64,000 bases of DNA from a virus. The stretch covers positions 19,035 to 83,034 of the IMG/VR virus record IMGVR_UViG_3300025154_000068, one strand, 5' to 3'. Numbering within the stretch: the stretch's first letter is position 1; each line of letters begins with the position of its first letter. This document shows, in pieces, positions 9,443 to 19,027 of the stretch. The notes beneath the pieces are model-generated. The model made no database searches, had not been told where the DNA came from, and saw only the letters and a list, made by a program, of their open reading frames with translations. Both the position numbers and the translations under genes were made by a program.

Positions 9443-9774
9443 GGCTTCGTCGGCTCTTTCTTGGTCGGGGACTCCTTCGCGATCCACTCGTCGATCGCCT
9501 TCGCGGTGGGGAGCGCTGCCGGCGTGGTGTCGCGCATCTTGCGCACCGATTCGACGAGCTTGATCGCGAGTTCCAGGCGCTCGTCCACGGTAGTGTTGTC
9601 GGCACCGACGAATGCCACGTAGGCCCTGAGCGAGAAGATGATCAGCCCCGTCGCGAGCGGCACGCACGCCGGAATCCACAGCGGCACAGTGATTCCTACG
9701 CCTGCCAGGAACACGACGAGCGCCGCTGTCAGGACGCCGACGGCGGTGATGGTGGTCAGGTCGGTGGTCTTCAT
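9439..9774 (-). CDS. Two-TM membrane protein, holin-like
   Basis: Two hydrophobic segments, charged C-terminus, located after tail genes. Confidence 0.5.
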   Translation of the reverse strand: MKTTDLTTITAVGVLTAALVVFLAGVGITVPLWIPACVPLATGLIIFSLRAYVAFVGADNTTVDERLELAIKLVESVRKMRDTTPAALPTAKAIDEWIAKESPTKKEPTKP

Positions 9775-9777
9775 ATT

Positions 9778-11640
9778 TCACATCTCCGGCTCGTGACCGA
9801 GCCCCATGTAGGTTTGCGTTCCGTTGGCGTTCGTCACCGTCACGACGACGGGCAGTGAGCTGGACCGGATCCGGAGCGGATAGGCCCCCGCTTCCGGCAG
9901 CGTCTCCCCGCATCCCACGGGGCCCTCGAGGGCGAGTTCGGGGAGGATCGAATCGACCCACAAGTCGACGACTGGGCTCGCACCAACGCCGGCTTCCCCG
10001 CCGTCGACGTCCACGCGCAGGCGAGTTGCGGTCTTGAGTCGTCCGAGCCCATCCACCCAGGACTCGGGAAGCGTGGCGCCGGCAAAGCGGGCTTCGTACG
10101 GTCGGTACGTCGGGCAGACCTCGGCGCCAGCATCAGCGGCCGACACGCTGGTCGTGGCGGTCTGTGCGAGGGTCTCGCCGCGGCCTGAGTAGAGCGTCGC
10201 GGTTGAGCCCACGTCTGCGTTCGTGCACGCAACTACCGTGTACTGCGCGCCCGTGGTCCCCAGATCCTCGTCGCGCCGCGGGCCGTTGTTCGCGAGCACG
10301 CGTTTGGCGATGTCTGCGGCCACCTCGAGGCGAGAGCCACCTATCGGATCGATGATCTCAACGCTCGGCCCGGTGACACCCCAGCAGCTCACGGCCTGGA
10401 TCGTCTTGGTGCTGACGTTGCGGACCGCGTCGTACACCGAGACGCGCAGGTCGAACGGTGCAGTCCCCGGGCAGTCGAGCTCGACGCATGCGCCGTTGGG
10501 CGACTGCGTGCTGTCGGTGCACGTCATCTCCGGCGCGCCAGGGCACGGACATGTCAGAGCGCCGTTGCACAGCGAGGTGGCGTCCGGTACCGACGCGTCC
10601 CTGGACGTCCAGTACGCCGACGATCCTCCAGCGGTCATCGCGGCGCACGCTGGAGTGGACGTTCCGAATGCAACGCACAGATTCGACTGAGCGTCTCCGA
10701 GGTCCGCGGAGAGCCCAAGGGCATCGGAGGACGTCGACGACACGCACACGCGGAGCTTGCCGGCGGCCACGTGCACCGTATCTCCAGCCTGGGGCGTCAG
10801 CGTCGTGAGCTGGGGAGGCTTCGTGTCCGTCGCAACGAGGGCGCGCGTCGAGAATCCCACGGAGCCGTCAGTGCCAACGCACTTCAGGTAGACCGTGTGG
10901 TCCCCGTCGTCGGCGCCGATCGGAACGCCGGCGATCTGCATGCGAGTCCCGCCGGTGGGCCGGTAGGCTTCGCCTGTCTTCGTGCCATCGACGTAGACTT
11001 CGACCTTCGACCCCACTCCGACGCCAGTCAAAAGATCAATTTTGTACTGGTAGGGCGACCCCGCCGAGCTCGTCCTGTCTCCACCCTGTGAGGTCCACAC
11101 GGACTCCGGGCTTGCCTCTGCTTCGGCGCCGGCGTCGTAGCCTCGAGGCTGCCCGTTGAGCCCGGGCGTGTCCGGCGACCAGGTCGGGCCAAGCATCCGG
11201 CACGTCGCATGGTCCGCGCAGGCCACGGTGACGACAGACACCGCGCGAGCTCCCGCCACCTTCGCGACGAGCACGTGCTTGCCGCGGGTACCGAGCATCA
11301 CCGACGTGAAGGTGACCGAGCCACCGGAGGCGGAGGCCTCCGCCACGCGCAGACCGTCGGCGGTGAGGATCGCATCGGTGCCGTCTGCAGCGTTGGTGCG
11401 CACGACGACATCGGTGGTGAATCCATTGGAGCACCCGTCGGAATCCGTCGTCTGCGTGCTGTTGTCCGCGGGGCTGGTGATGGACGCCCCGACCGGCCCG
11501 CTGTCCACGCTGGTCACGTAGTACAGGCCAGTGCCAGCGCCCGCCAGGAACAACGTCGCAGCGGCCAACTTGCCGATGTGCTTACCCAGGCGTTGGAACG
11601 GAGTCCGCAGGATACCGTTGAGTCGTGAGCCAAACATCAC
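9778..11640 (-). CDS. Membrane-anchored/secreted Cys-rich Ig-like repeat protein
   Basis: N-terminal hydrophobic helix; ITSPADN, DTKPPQLT, DSILPEL Big-type motifs; many Cys. Confidence 0.65.
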   Translation of the reverse strand: MMFGSRLNGILRTPFQRLGKHIGKLAAATLFLAGAGTGLYYVTSVDSGPVGASITSPADNSTQTTDSDGCSNGFTTDVVVRTNAADGTDAILTADGLRVAEASASGGSVTFTSVMLGTRGKHVLVAKVAGARAVSVVTVACADHATCRMLGPTWSPDTPGLNGQPRGYDAGAEAEASPESVWTSQGGDRTSSAGSPYQYKIDLLTGVGVGSKVEVYVDGTKTGEAYRPTGGTRMQIAGVPIGADDGDHTVYLKCVGTDGSVGFSTRALVATDTKPPQLTTLTPQAGDTVHVAAGKLRVCVSSTSSDALGLSADLGDAQSNLCVAFGTSTPACAAMTAGGSSAYWTSRDASVPDATSLCNGALTCPCPGAPEMTCTDSTQSPNGACVELDCPGTAPFDLRVSVYDAVRNVSTKTIQAVSCWGVTGPSVEIIDPIGGSRLEVAADIAKRVLANNGPRRDEDLGTTGAQYTVVACTNADVGSTATLYSGRGETLAQTATTSVSAADAGAEVCPTYRPYEARFAGATLPESWVDGLGRLKTATRLRVDVDGGEAGVGASPVVDLWVDSILPELALEGPVGCGETLPEAGAYPLRIRSSSLPVVVTVTNANGTQTYMGLGHEPEM

Positions 11641-11897
11641 CAGTACACCGTGATCATTTCGGCGGTGGAGTCGGCCTTGATAACGAATGCCTTGATCGCG
11701 TCGACATCTCCGCTCTGGTAGGTAATCGTGTCCTGAACCTCTCCGGCGTAGACGACGTGCAACGTGCCGCCGGTGCCAATTCGAACCAGGCGCGGGACCT
11801 TGTTTCCGCCTTCTTCGTAGAGGTTGATGTCCTCGGTGAGCGCGCCCGCCGAGGCGAATGTCTTCGAGAATTCCGCAGCGTCAAGCTGAGTGATCAT
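11637..11897 (-). CDS. Small virion (spike-base-like) protein
   Basis: 86-aa beta-rich ORF, GGAGG RBS, tail region. Confidence 0.5.
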   Translation of the reverse strand: MITQLDAAEFSKTFASAGALTEDINLYEEGGNKVPRLVRIGTGGTLHVVYAGEVQDTITYQSGDVDAIKAFVIKADSTAEMITVYW

Positions 11898-11909
11898 GGT
11901 GTCCTCCGA

Positions 11910-12473
11910 TCAGGCGTCGTCGGCCTTACGTCGCTCGACGATGGGCAGAATGGTTGCGCCGGACGCGATGTTCGCCTGAACCGTTGTGTGCGAGTTCTTC
12001 GTCTGAAGCGTGATGGTGACCGTTCCGGTGGCGTTGATCTGCCGTTGCCCAATCAGCGTGAAGTTGGCGAAGCTCGCGCCGGCGGCTGGTGCATCGATCG
12101 CCGCTTCTCGAGACGTGGTCGTCGCCCCGTCCGTGATCTTGATTCGGAAGTAGGCGTATTGGTCGGCGGCATCACCTGCAACAATCGCCTCGAAGCTGGC
12201 CCAGACCGTGAGGATGTCCCCGGCGGTGATGGTGAGCGTGGTCTCGATCGCGGTGTCCTGCCAGGAGTCGGAGCCGGCTCCGTTGTACGTGGTTGCGTCG
12301 GTGTCGTTGACCAGGTCCTTGATCCGCGTCGCACGCTCTTGCAGCCACTTGGCCGCGTTGGCCTGCGCCTGCGCGACAGCTTCGTCATCGGCTGCGTCGT
12401 AGGTCTCGAGGTTCTTGACGGACTTGAACGTCGGCCAAGTTGTACCGACAGGAGTGATGTCTTTGGTCGCCAT
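11910..12473 (-). CDS. Short tail fibre/receptor-binding-like protein
   Basis: WLQERATRIK N-terminal motif then beta-sandwich-like C-terminus. Confidence 0.55.
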   Translation of the reverse strand: MATKDITPVGTTWPTFKSVKNLETYDAADDEAVAQAQANAAKWLQERATRIKDLVNDTDATTYNGAGSDSWQDTAIETTLTITAGDILTVWASFEAIVAGDAADQYAYFRIKITDGATTTSREAAIDAPAAGASFANFTLIGQRQINATGTVTITLQTKNSHTTVQANIASGATILPIVERRKADDA

Positions 12474-12481
12474 TCAACGCC

Positions 12482-12991
12482 TCACGCCGCGACCACGTAC
12501 TGGTCGGGAATCAGTTGGAGGGTGCCGCCAAGGTTCGCGCGGCCAAGGATGTAGTTGGTGCCTTCCGCTGTACCGCGCAGCGCTGTTGCGTCAGCCGTGT
12601 CGACACGGACGAGCTCGCCCGCGTCGCCGGATCCGAGCCCAGTGATGGTGTACGGGATCAAGCCAGCAATCGCGACTGGCACAACGCTCCCGTCTGCCGT
12701 GCCACACACGATGCCGAGAGGGAGCCCGGCCTGGGCCAGTGCGGCCGCGACGGCGCGGGTCACCACTTCGTTGTTCGACGCCCCCATGCAGACCGCTTCG
12801 CCGAGCTGCGGAGTGTCGCCACTGAAGTAGTACGGCAGCCAGAGGTAGGTGCCGCTCAGTCGCGCCTTCAGATAGCCAGTTCTCCTCGTAAGGTCGCCGG
12901 CTGGGCCATCAATGACGTGCGGCCCGTAGGGGTCCGATGCGGGCTCATAGACGACTACGTCGACCCAGTCCTCGCCAGTGAGGATTCTCAT
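12482..12991 (-). CDS. Short tail fibre-like protein
   Basis: DLTRRTGYLK resembles the LANRTxYLK fibre N-terminus; follows baseplate wedge. Confidence 0.6.
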   Translation of the reverse strand: MRILTGEDWVDVVVYEPASDPYGPHVIDGPAGDLTRRTGYLKARLSGTYLWLPYYFSGDTPQLGEAVCMGASNNEVVTRAVAAALAQAGLPLGIVCGTADGSVVPVAIAGLIPYTITGLGSGDAGELVRVDTADATALRGTAEGTNYILGRANLGGTLQLIPDQYVVAA

Positions 12992-13770
12992 GATTCGGTG
13001 TATCCTTCCTCGCCGACGGTCCCCCGCACGAGGCGGGCTCCTCGAGTTGGCCCAGCGACTCCCCGGCGCCACCACGGCCCGCGGACGTCGTAGATGCCTC
13101 CATCCGAGCAGATGAAGATGGCCTCGAAACAGGTCTCGCCAGCTCCGCGCCACTTGCGGATCGAGCGCTTCAGAGTCTGCCACTCACCAGCCGACAGCTT
13201 GGTACCCCTCGCCCCCCAGGCAGTCCCGTAGCGGCTGTCTCCGCGGATGAAGGTCGGGTCGTCTCGGACGTGGGCGACATCGCCGCCGGTGTGGGCGTAG
13301 TAGTCGATGATGACCCAGAACCGTGACCACTGCGATGGGTCGCCATCGTCGGGCGGGGTCGCAAAGATTCGGACTGGAGCGAGCCAGACGTGGCCCTCGG
13401 ATGTCTCGGGCCAGTTGGTCGGCCAGTCGTCGAGGTTCCAGCGCGGAGCCGCGAAGCCGCACGAGGCGACGCCAGCCAGGATCCCAGGGCCAGTGCCCGC
13501 CCAGGTCCACGTCACCCAGGCATCGCGGAGGCGCACGGCGTAGAGCACCGAGGACTCGCCTGGGGCACGCTGGATCTGGCGCTCCCAGCCAATCAGCGCC
13601 AGCGCGTCCGACGGGGCGTACTCCGGATATCGCACCAGCACGCTCTGAGTCAGGCGCTTCTTCTGCCAGTCGTACTCGGCCGCAAACGCGGTGACCCACT
13701 TCGTCCCCCACGGGCCGCGGAGCCGGGGAGGGGAGAGCACCTCGGTTGCGTATTCGACGAAGGTCGACAT
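12988..13770 (-). CDS. Baseplate wedge protein (P2 gpI/Mu gp48-like)
   Basis: APSDALALIGWERQIQRAPGES..YAVRL; follows J-like gene. Confidence 0.75.
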   Translation of the reverse strand: MSTFVEYATEVLSPPRLRGPWGTKWVTAFAAEYDWQKKRLTQSVLVRYPEYAPSDALALIGWERQIQRAPGESSVLYAVRLRDAWVTWTWAGTGPGILAGVASCGFAAPRWNLDDWPTNWPETSEGHVWLAPVRIFATPPDDGDPSQWSRFWVIIDYYAHTGGDVAHVRDDPTFIRGDSRYGTAWGARGTKLSAGEWQTLKRSIRKWRGAGETCFEAIFICSDGGIYDVRGPWWRRGVAGPTRGARLVRGTVGEEGYTES

Positions 13771-14897
13771 CAGACCTCGGTGACCGTCAGCCCGGCGGAC
13801 GTGCCAACGACGCAAACGAAGCCGCTGGTGGGCACCACGTCAGCCGCCGGGGCGGTTAGATCGGTATTGCGTACCTTGGCGGTGTTGTACTGCAGAGCGT
13901 CGACGAGCTGGGTGAGGTAGGCCGTTCCGTTGATCGATAGGGTGCGGAGGTACGTTTGGAGCTCCGCGAGGGCTTCGGCCTTCGCGGTGCCGCCGAAGCC
14001 GGCGAACGCGAAGATGGTTCCGGTCAGGTCGATTGTCTGGTTGCCGGCGCTCTGGACGGTGACGCTGGTGCAGAGCGGCTTGCGCGCCTGGATCCAGCTG
14101 TTGACGACGCCCACCACTGTTCCGCTCAGCGCACCGTCCGGACCTGCAATGGTCACAATGACGTTACCGTTGCCGTACGGGTCAGTCTCGACCAGGACGC
14201 GGGTGACTTGGGCGGCGTAAGGATGCTCGTTGCGGCACCAGTATAGGTACCAGTCGGAGTTGGCTCCGATCCCAAGCACTGCCCAGCGCGAGCGACAGCG
14301 CTGCTTGAGTAGGGGGTCGGACTCCTCGTCGGTCCCCTGCGTGGTCGCCCACGTTCCCGACCCGTTGTCGATATTCGTCGCGGTGACGCCAACCAGCGTC
14401 GTGAGCATCGACGTGATGGTGCCGATGGCAACGTTGTAGTCGGCTCCCGGGCTCTCGGCTCGGATGGTCAGGTCGAGCGTGCCACCGGATGCGAGCGTGC
14501 CGCCGGTGGTGTTCCAGTATCTCCGAACGCCGTCCGTGAACCAGAGCTGCCCAGCGAGGATGGTGAACGGGCCCTCTCCGGGCGCGCACGTCAGCCGCTC
14601 CTTGCCCTCGGAGTAGGTCGCGGCGTAGCGGGTCAGGCCGTAGACCTCTCGAGCGTAGAGCGTGAGCCAATCGCCGAGCGCGGTCGAGAGGAAGCCGGAT
14701 TTGGCGACCTCGACCTGGGTCTCGGAGTACATCCGAGACTCCTCCGCATCCATCTCGACCATGGTGCGGGCCACACCGCCATCGTTCCAGTCGGTGACGG
14801 GGAAGCTGGCCGCTCCGAGCCTGGCGAGCAGCCGCGCCTTGGCCTCGTCGTTGGTCGAGGAGGTGATCAGGCTTTCGAGCGTGATTGTGACCGTCAT
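13770..14897 (-). CDS. Baseplate J-like protein (Mu gp47-like)
   Basis: TALGDWLTL, AESPGADYN, GTDEESDPLLKQRC motifs. Confidence 0.88.
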   Translation of the reverse strand: MTVTITLESLITSSTNDEAKARLLARLGAASFPVTDWNDGGVARTMVEMDAEESRMYSETQVEVAKSGFLSTALGDWLTLYAREVYGLTRYAATYSEGKERLTCAPGEGPFTILAGQLWFTDGVRRYWNTTGGTLASGGTLDLTIRAESPGADYNVAIGTITSMLTTLVGVTATNIDNGSGTWATTQGTDEESDPLLKQRCRSRWAVLGIGANSDWYLYWCRNEHPYAAQVTRVLVETDPYGNGNVIVTIAGPDGALSGTVVGVVNSWIQARKPLCTSVTVQSAGNQTIDLTGTIFAFAGFGGTAKAEALAELQTYLRTLSINGTAYLTQLVDALQYNTAKVRNTDLTAPAADVVPTSGFVCVVGTSAGLTVTEV

Positions 14898-15349
14898 CCT
14901 TGCACCGTGACGAGTTCAGTCGTTGCGCCTGTGACGTTGGTGACGAGCTTCCACGGGCCGGCCGCGCTGCGCCCCTCGAGCTGCGTGCGCAGCGTGCGTG
15001 TGGCGGGTGTCCACTGGACGCTGGCCTTTGCGCTCTTGGCCCGAGGGTCTTTCAGCGCCTCGGACTCGAGCCCGGATCGGCACGAGTGCAGGTCCTGGCG
15101 ATCGATCTCGCTGTGACAGTAGCCGTTCAGGCTTCGACCGTAGTCGAGGCAGTAGAACAACGAACCGCGGGGAGACATCGTTCGCCATGCCAGCGCCCAC
15201 GCTACGTTGCGCGTTCCCGACGTGAGGCGCAGGTAAGGATCGAGATCCTCCTCGCACATGATATCCACGCCGAGGTCGACCTGGGTGGTGGACGCAGCTC
15301 GGCCCGGCGCGACCGGTGTGGGCGCCAGCGGGAACACGAATGTGGGCAT
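14894..15349 (-). CDS. Baseplate wedge protein (gp25/GpW/Mu gp46-like)
   Basis: SPRGSLFYCLDYG, EALKDPR; directly upstream of J. Confidence 0.75.
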   Translation of the reverse strand: MPTFVFPLAPTPVAPGRAASTTQVDLGVDIMCEEDLDPYLRLTSGTRNVAWALAWRTMSPRGSLFYCLDYGRSLNGYCHSEIDRQDLHSCRSGLESEALKDPRAKSAKASVQWTPATRTLRTQLEGRSAAGPWKLVTNVTGATTELVTVQG

Positions 15350-16858
15350 CTAGATGGCCTTGTTTCCTGACGTGTCGATGGCGTCGACTTCAAGGGCGAG
15401 GGCCTGGATCCAGCCGCCGTTGCGCTGAACGGTGAAGCGGTATCCAGTGGCGGTTTCGACGCGGGACGACGAGGTGTACGGGCCGACGAAGCCTGTGCCG
15501 TCCCAGATCGTTTCGACCGCGTCCCCTTGGGGGGCGCGCACTTCGATGTGCCTGAGCGCGGTCGGCCCGCCGTCGTCGTCGACGTCGAAGACAACGGTGT
15601 CCGTAGGGCGAAGCGGAGTGCCCTCTGGCGGGGAAACCACGGTCACGGTTGGAGGGGTGGTGTCACCCGCTGCCGACGTCAGTTGCTCTGGCCCGAACAC
15701 GTACGCGGCTCCGGTGTCGGACGCGCTGTACCGAGGGGCTGCTACGATGAGTGTGGTGCCATCGTACGCTAGGGCTTGGCCGAAATACTCGTTGCCAGCG
15801 ATGGCAGCTGGCAACGCAAACCAATGCTTGTAGCCAGTGGCCCAATCCGGGTCCGGCAGAAAGGCGATGACCATCCCGGCGTTCGCTGCACCAATGTCAA
15901 CGGCTCCAGCGCCAACCACAACAGTATCGCCGACCACTGCGAGTGACCCGTGATACTGCCCAAACTCGTCCGATGTGCTTTGGAACCTAGCCACGTAGCA
16001 CTCGTGCCTAAATGTCCAGGTGCCTCCTACAAGTTCGTACACGTGCACAGTGCCCGCAAAATACGTAGGAGTATTGTCTCCGTAGGAAGCAACTGCGAGT
16101 AGATCTCCATCGATCGCGACTGCGGAACCGAAGTAGCCGCTATTCTGAGCACCAGCGATCTTGACGGTTTGCGACCAAGCGGCCCCGTCGTAATCAAACA
16201 CGTAGGCCGATCCGCTATCGGTGGCGCCAGAGTCGTCCGTGATTGACCCGACTACGATCGTGGTACCGCTGATTGCGACGGCGCGTCCGTAGATGTCGTT
16301 GCCAGACTGACCAACGCCAGCGAGATTCTTGCTCGCTCCCCACGTCGATCCGGTGCGGTGGAAGGCATACGCCCATCCCGAGTTGCCAGACATGCCGCCC
16401 TCGCCACCTGCGGCGATGATGTCGCCGTCGATAGCGACAGCCCAACCGAGGCCCCCAGTATCATGCGGGGTTGCAGAGACTAGCTTTTGCTCAAACCCCC
16501 ATGTGCCCGCGACCTTGCGATAGACGTGCACCGCGCCTTCATAAATGACCGTCGTTGTCTCTTGTGGCGCGCCTACCACAATAGTGTCTCCGCTGATTGC
16601 TACGGAGTAACCGTATCGGCTAAAGGCGATATTGTTGGTCAGCTTGGCGACCTGCGTCCACGTGCCAGCGACGTTCTCGAACACGTACGCGGCACCACTC
16701 TGCGCACCGGCGCCGCTGTTTTGCCACGGCGTCCCGATGACCATGACATCGCCATCGACAGCGCACGACCAACCAAATGCGTCGCTGGCAACGACGTCGG
16801 CGGGCAGCAATAGCTGCGAGTCGTGCGTCGTCTGTCCGTATTCGTAAAGGTCAGTCAT
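15350..16858 (-). CDS. Seven-bladed FG-GAP beta-propeller with C-terminal Ig-like domain
   Basis: Seven FGxsVAIdGdxxVVGAP repeats; DTTPPTVTVVSP...DTSGN tail. Confidence 0.85.
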   Translation of the reverse strand: MTDLYEYGQTTHDSQLLLPADVVASDAFGWSCAVDGDVMVIGTPWQNSGAGAQSGAAYVFENVAGTWTQVAKLTNNIAFSRYGYSVAISGDTIVVGAPQETTTVIYEGAVHVYRKVAGTWGFEQKLVSATPHDTGGLGWAVAIDGDIIAAGGEGGMSGNSGWAYAFHRTGSTWGASKNLAGVGQSGNDIYGRAVAISGTTIVVGSITDDSGATDSGSAYVFDYDGAAWSQTVKIAGAQNSGYFGSAVAIDGDLLAVASYGDNTPTYFAGTVHVYELVGGTWTFRHECYVARFQSTSDEFGQYHGSLAVVGDTVVVGAGAVDIGAANAGMVIAFLPDPDWATGYKHWFALPAAIAGNEYFGQALAYDGTTLIVAAPRYSASDTGAAYVFGPEQLTSAAGDTTPPTVTVVSPPEGTPLRPTDTVVFDVDDDGGPTALRHIEVRAPQGDAVETIWDGTGFVGPYTSSSRVETATGYRFTVQRNGGWIQALALEVDAIDTSGNKAI

Positions 16859-17139
16859 CGGATCGGGATCGTCTGCTCGATGGGCGCGGGTGGAGCCGTT
16901 GGGGATCCGACGGCCGTGGACGTCTGGAGAGCGCCGGTTGTCAGCGAGATGACGGCCTCGGCGTTGGCCTGGATCTCATCGACGACGGCGGTCGCGATTG
17001 CGTAGCAATCGGCCTTGAGCGGGACGTGGCCGTTGGGGTCCGTCGCGATTCCAATGACCTCGGCCATCGCGACGCGAGCGTCGTAGATGCGTTTCGACAG
17101 CCCCTCGGTGCACAGCACGTTCCCGGCCTGGAGTGTCAT
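16855..17139 (-). CDS. Small baseplate-associated protein
   Basis: Coupled to spike gene; AIATAVVDEIQANAE motif. Confidence 0.55.
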   Translation of the reverse strand: MTLQAGNVLCTEGLSKRIYDARVAMAEVIGIATDPNGHVPLKADCYAIATAVVDEIQANAEAVISLTTGALQTSTAVGSPTAPPAPIEQTIPIR

Positions 17140-17558
17140 TCTGCGAGCACCTTTGTAGAAGCGGAGGTGATGAGGTAGGGGCCTGCGGTGTCGCCGTGCC
17201 TAGCCACGCCCTTCAGCGCGTTCTTACCGAACTTGATCGTGGTCGAGGCGTCGAAGGTGACGGTGATGGGGGTGCCGCTCGCCCAGATCTCAGCGCGGGG
17301 CTCCGACGGGTCGCCGCCCTCGAACATTAGCAGCACACGGGCGCCTGGCGGGACTGTCATCTCGAGACCCGGGACGCCGACCAGGATCGGGACACCTTTG
17401 ATGCCAGGGATGCGCGGGTCGTCGGGGAGTAGCTCAAGCTTGTTGCCGGTCTGCGAGACGACGCGCGCTGGGTAGCGAGCGAGGTAGTCGAGGCGCGCGC
17501 CGACGAGCTGCTCGAGCACGGACTCGATGCTCGCCTTGAATCGGTCCCAGAGGCTCAT
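17136..17558 (-). CDS. Baseplate spike (gpV/gp45-like)
   Basis: YPARVVSQ, VPPGARVLLMFEGGDPSEP, GVARHGD. Confidence 0.75.
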   Translation of the reverse strand: MSLWDRFKASIESVLEQLVGARLDYLARYPARVVSQTGNKLELLPDDPRIPGIKGVPILVGVPGLEMTVPPGARVLLMFEGGDPSEPRAEIWASGTPITVTFDASTTIKFGKNALKGVARHGDTAGPYLITSASTKVLAE

Positions 17559-18193
17559 CCGAACCAGACCTTCGCGCGGGACGCGTGGGGGAACGCGGCA
17601 ACTCGTTCGACGTGGCGCCCCTGCAGCGTTGTACCTGGCAGGATGAGGCCGTCGGTGGCAACGAAGACGGCGTCTTGCTCGGGGAACTGTTCCATCACTT
17701 CGTAGGTGACCGTGGACGCAGGCCAGGTCTCATCTCCGAACCAGAACGTCCCATCGGGGAGGAAGCGCCACGCGAATCCGGCCGTGCGCGCCAGCATTCC
17801 GAGGCACTGTGCGGCTGGTCGCTGGGTCCGAATCCAGTGGGTGAGCACGAGGTCGAGCCCGCCCGTCGCGGTATCCGAAAGCTCCTCGCCGGCTTCTTCG
17901 ATGACGTCGCGGATGGGGAGGCGAATCGGGGCGCCCTGGTACGACTTCGCGGGGAGCTCCTCGCCGAGCCGGCCGGCGCCGCCCGCCATGCGCAGGGGGA
18001 TGCGACCGTGCTTCGACTCGCCGCCGTCAGCCACCGTGCCGACGAGCGGCTCTGCCCATCCGGCGTAGGAGAGCGTGGCAGTGCCGACGAGCGACACGTC
18101 GCCGTCGAGCACGATGTCAGCCCACAGCACACCGATCCTCGGCATGTGCAGCGATGTCTCGAGCACGGTAATGCCGTTGAGGGTGCCTGCCAT
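17555..18193 (-). CDS. Baseplate hub protein
   Basis: Position; WRFLPDGTFWFG motif. Confidence 0.65.
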   Translation of the reverse strand: MAGTLNGITVLETSLHMPRIGVLWADIVLDGDVSLVGTATLSYAGWAEPLVGTVADGGESKHGRIPLRMAGGAGRLGEELPAKSYQGAPIRLPIRDVIEEAGEELSDTATGGLDLVLTHWIRTQRPAAQCLGMLARTAGFAWRFLPDGTFWFGDETWPASTVTYEVMEQFPEQDAVFVATDGLILPGTTLQGRHVERVAAFPHASRAKVWFG

Positions 18194-18196
18194 CTG

Positions 18197-19018
18197 TCAC
18201 TCGTAGGTGCGCTCGTCCTCTTCCCAGTACCCGTCCGTGTCCCAGTTATCGCCAGTGTCTGGCGGGATGGGCGGCGGCGGCCCAGGAGGCTCGAGTCCGT
18301 TCGCTCTCGCGATGTCCTCCCAGGCGACGTCTGCGCCCGCGGCGACGAGAGCCAGCCACGCAGCCTCTGCGTCTGTCCGGGCCTTGCTGGGGGCGGTATC
18401 TTCAGCGCTCTTCGCGCCTGTGGGCGTGCCGGTGCCGACATCTTTGACTTCAGCGGCCCATTCGACCGCTTCGATCTTCACGCTCTTCGTACCCACGATG
18501 CGACCGTCCTCAAGTCCACCGATCCGCTTGACCATGATCGCGCGGATGTTCGAGTCCTCGGTGACTGGATGGATGATCTCCATCGGGTCGGACTCGGCGT
18601 CGTCGTTCGGATCGCGAAGGTCCGCGCGGACCCTGCGCCACTCGCTCAGGTGAGGAGGCGTCCACAGAAGCAGCGTGATTTCGACTTCTGCCGAATCCCA
18701 TCCCTTGACCGTGAGCTTCGCCTTCGCCTTGCCGTCGGGGCTCTTGTCGTCGATCTTCCGCTCTGCCGGCTTCGAAATCGACACGTGCACCAGGCCGGGG
18801 AGTTGGTGCGCACCAAGCGTGCAGCGGTCCCACGGAGCTCGCTCGCCTGTGTCGAGGATGCCAAGCGTACTCGAGACCCAGAACGGGACACTGTCGACAA
18901 CGATCGCCGGTGTCGTCGGCTCGCCGTCTCCTGCCGTGCCGCCTGGCACGTCTTCGGGCGGACGTCCGTTGTCTCCCGGGGGTGTCCAGGGTCCGAAGGT
19001 GTCGTTGTCGTAGGGCAT
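18197..19018 (-). CDS. Tail tube initiator-like protein with LysM-like C-terminus
   Basis: WEDIARANGL; lies between tape measure and hub. Confidence 0.6.
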   Translation of the reverse strand: MPYDNDTFGPWTPPGDNGRPPEDVPGGTAGDGEPTTPAIVVDSVPFWVSSTLGILDTGERAPWDRCTLGAHQLPGLVHVSISKPAERKIDDKSPDGKAKAKLTVKGWDSAEVEITLLLWTPPHLSEWRRVRADLRDPNDDAESDPMEIIHPVTEDSNIRAIMVKRIGGLEDGRIVGTKSVKIEAVEWAAEVKDVGTGTPTGAKSAEDTAPSKARTDAEAAWLALVAAGADVAWEDIARANGLEPPGPPPPIPPDTGDNWDTDGYWEEDERTYE

Positions 19019-19027
19019 GGGACTAGC

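Noticed and set aside
9778-16858. Diversity-generating retroelement or invertible tail-fibre cassette
   Set aside because: No reverse transcriptase, invertase or template/variable repeat pair seen
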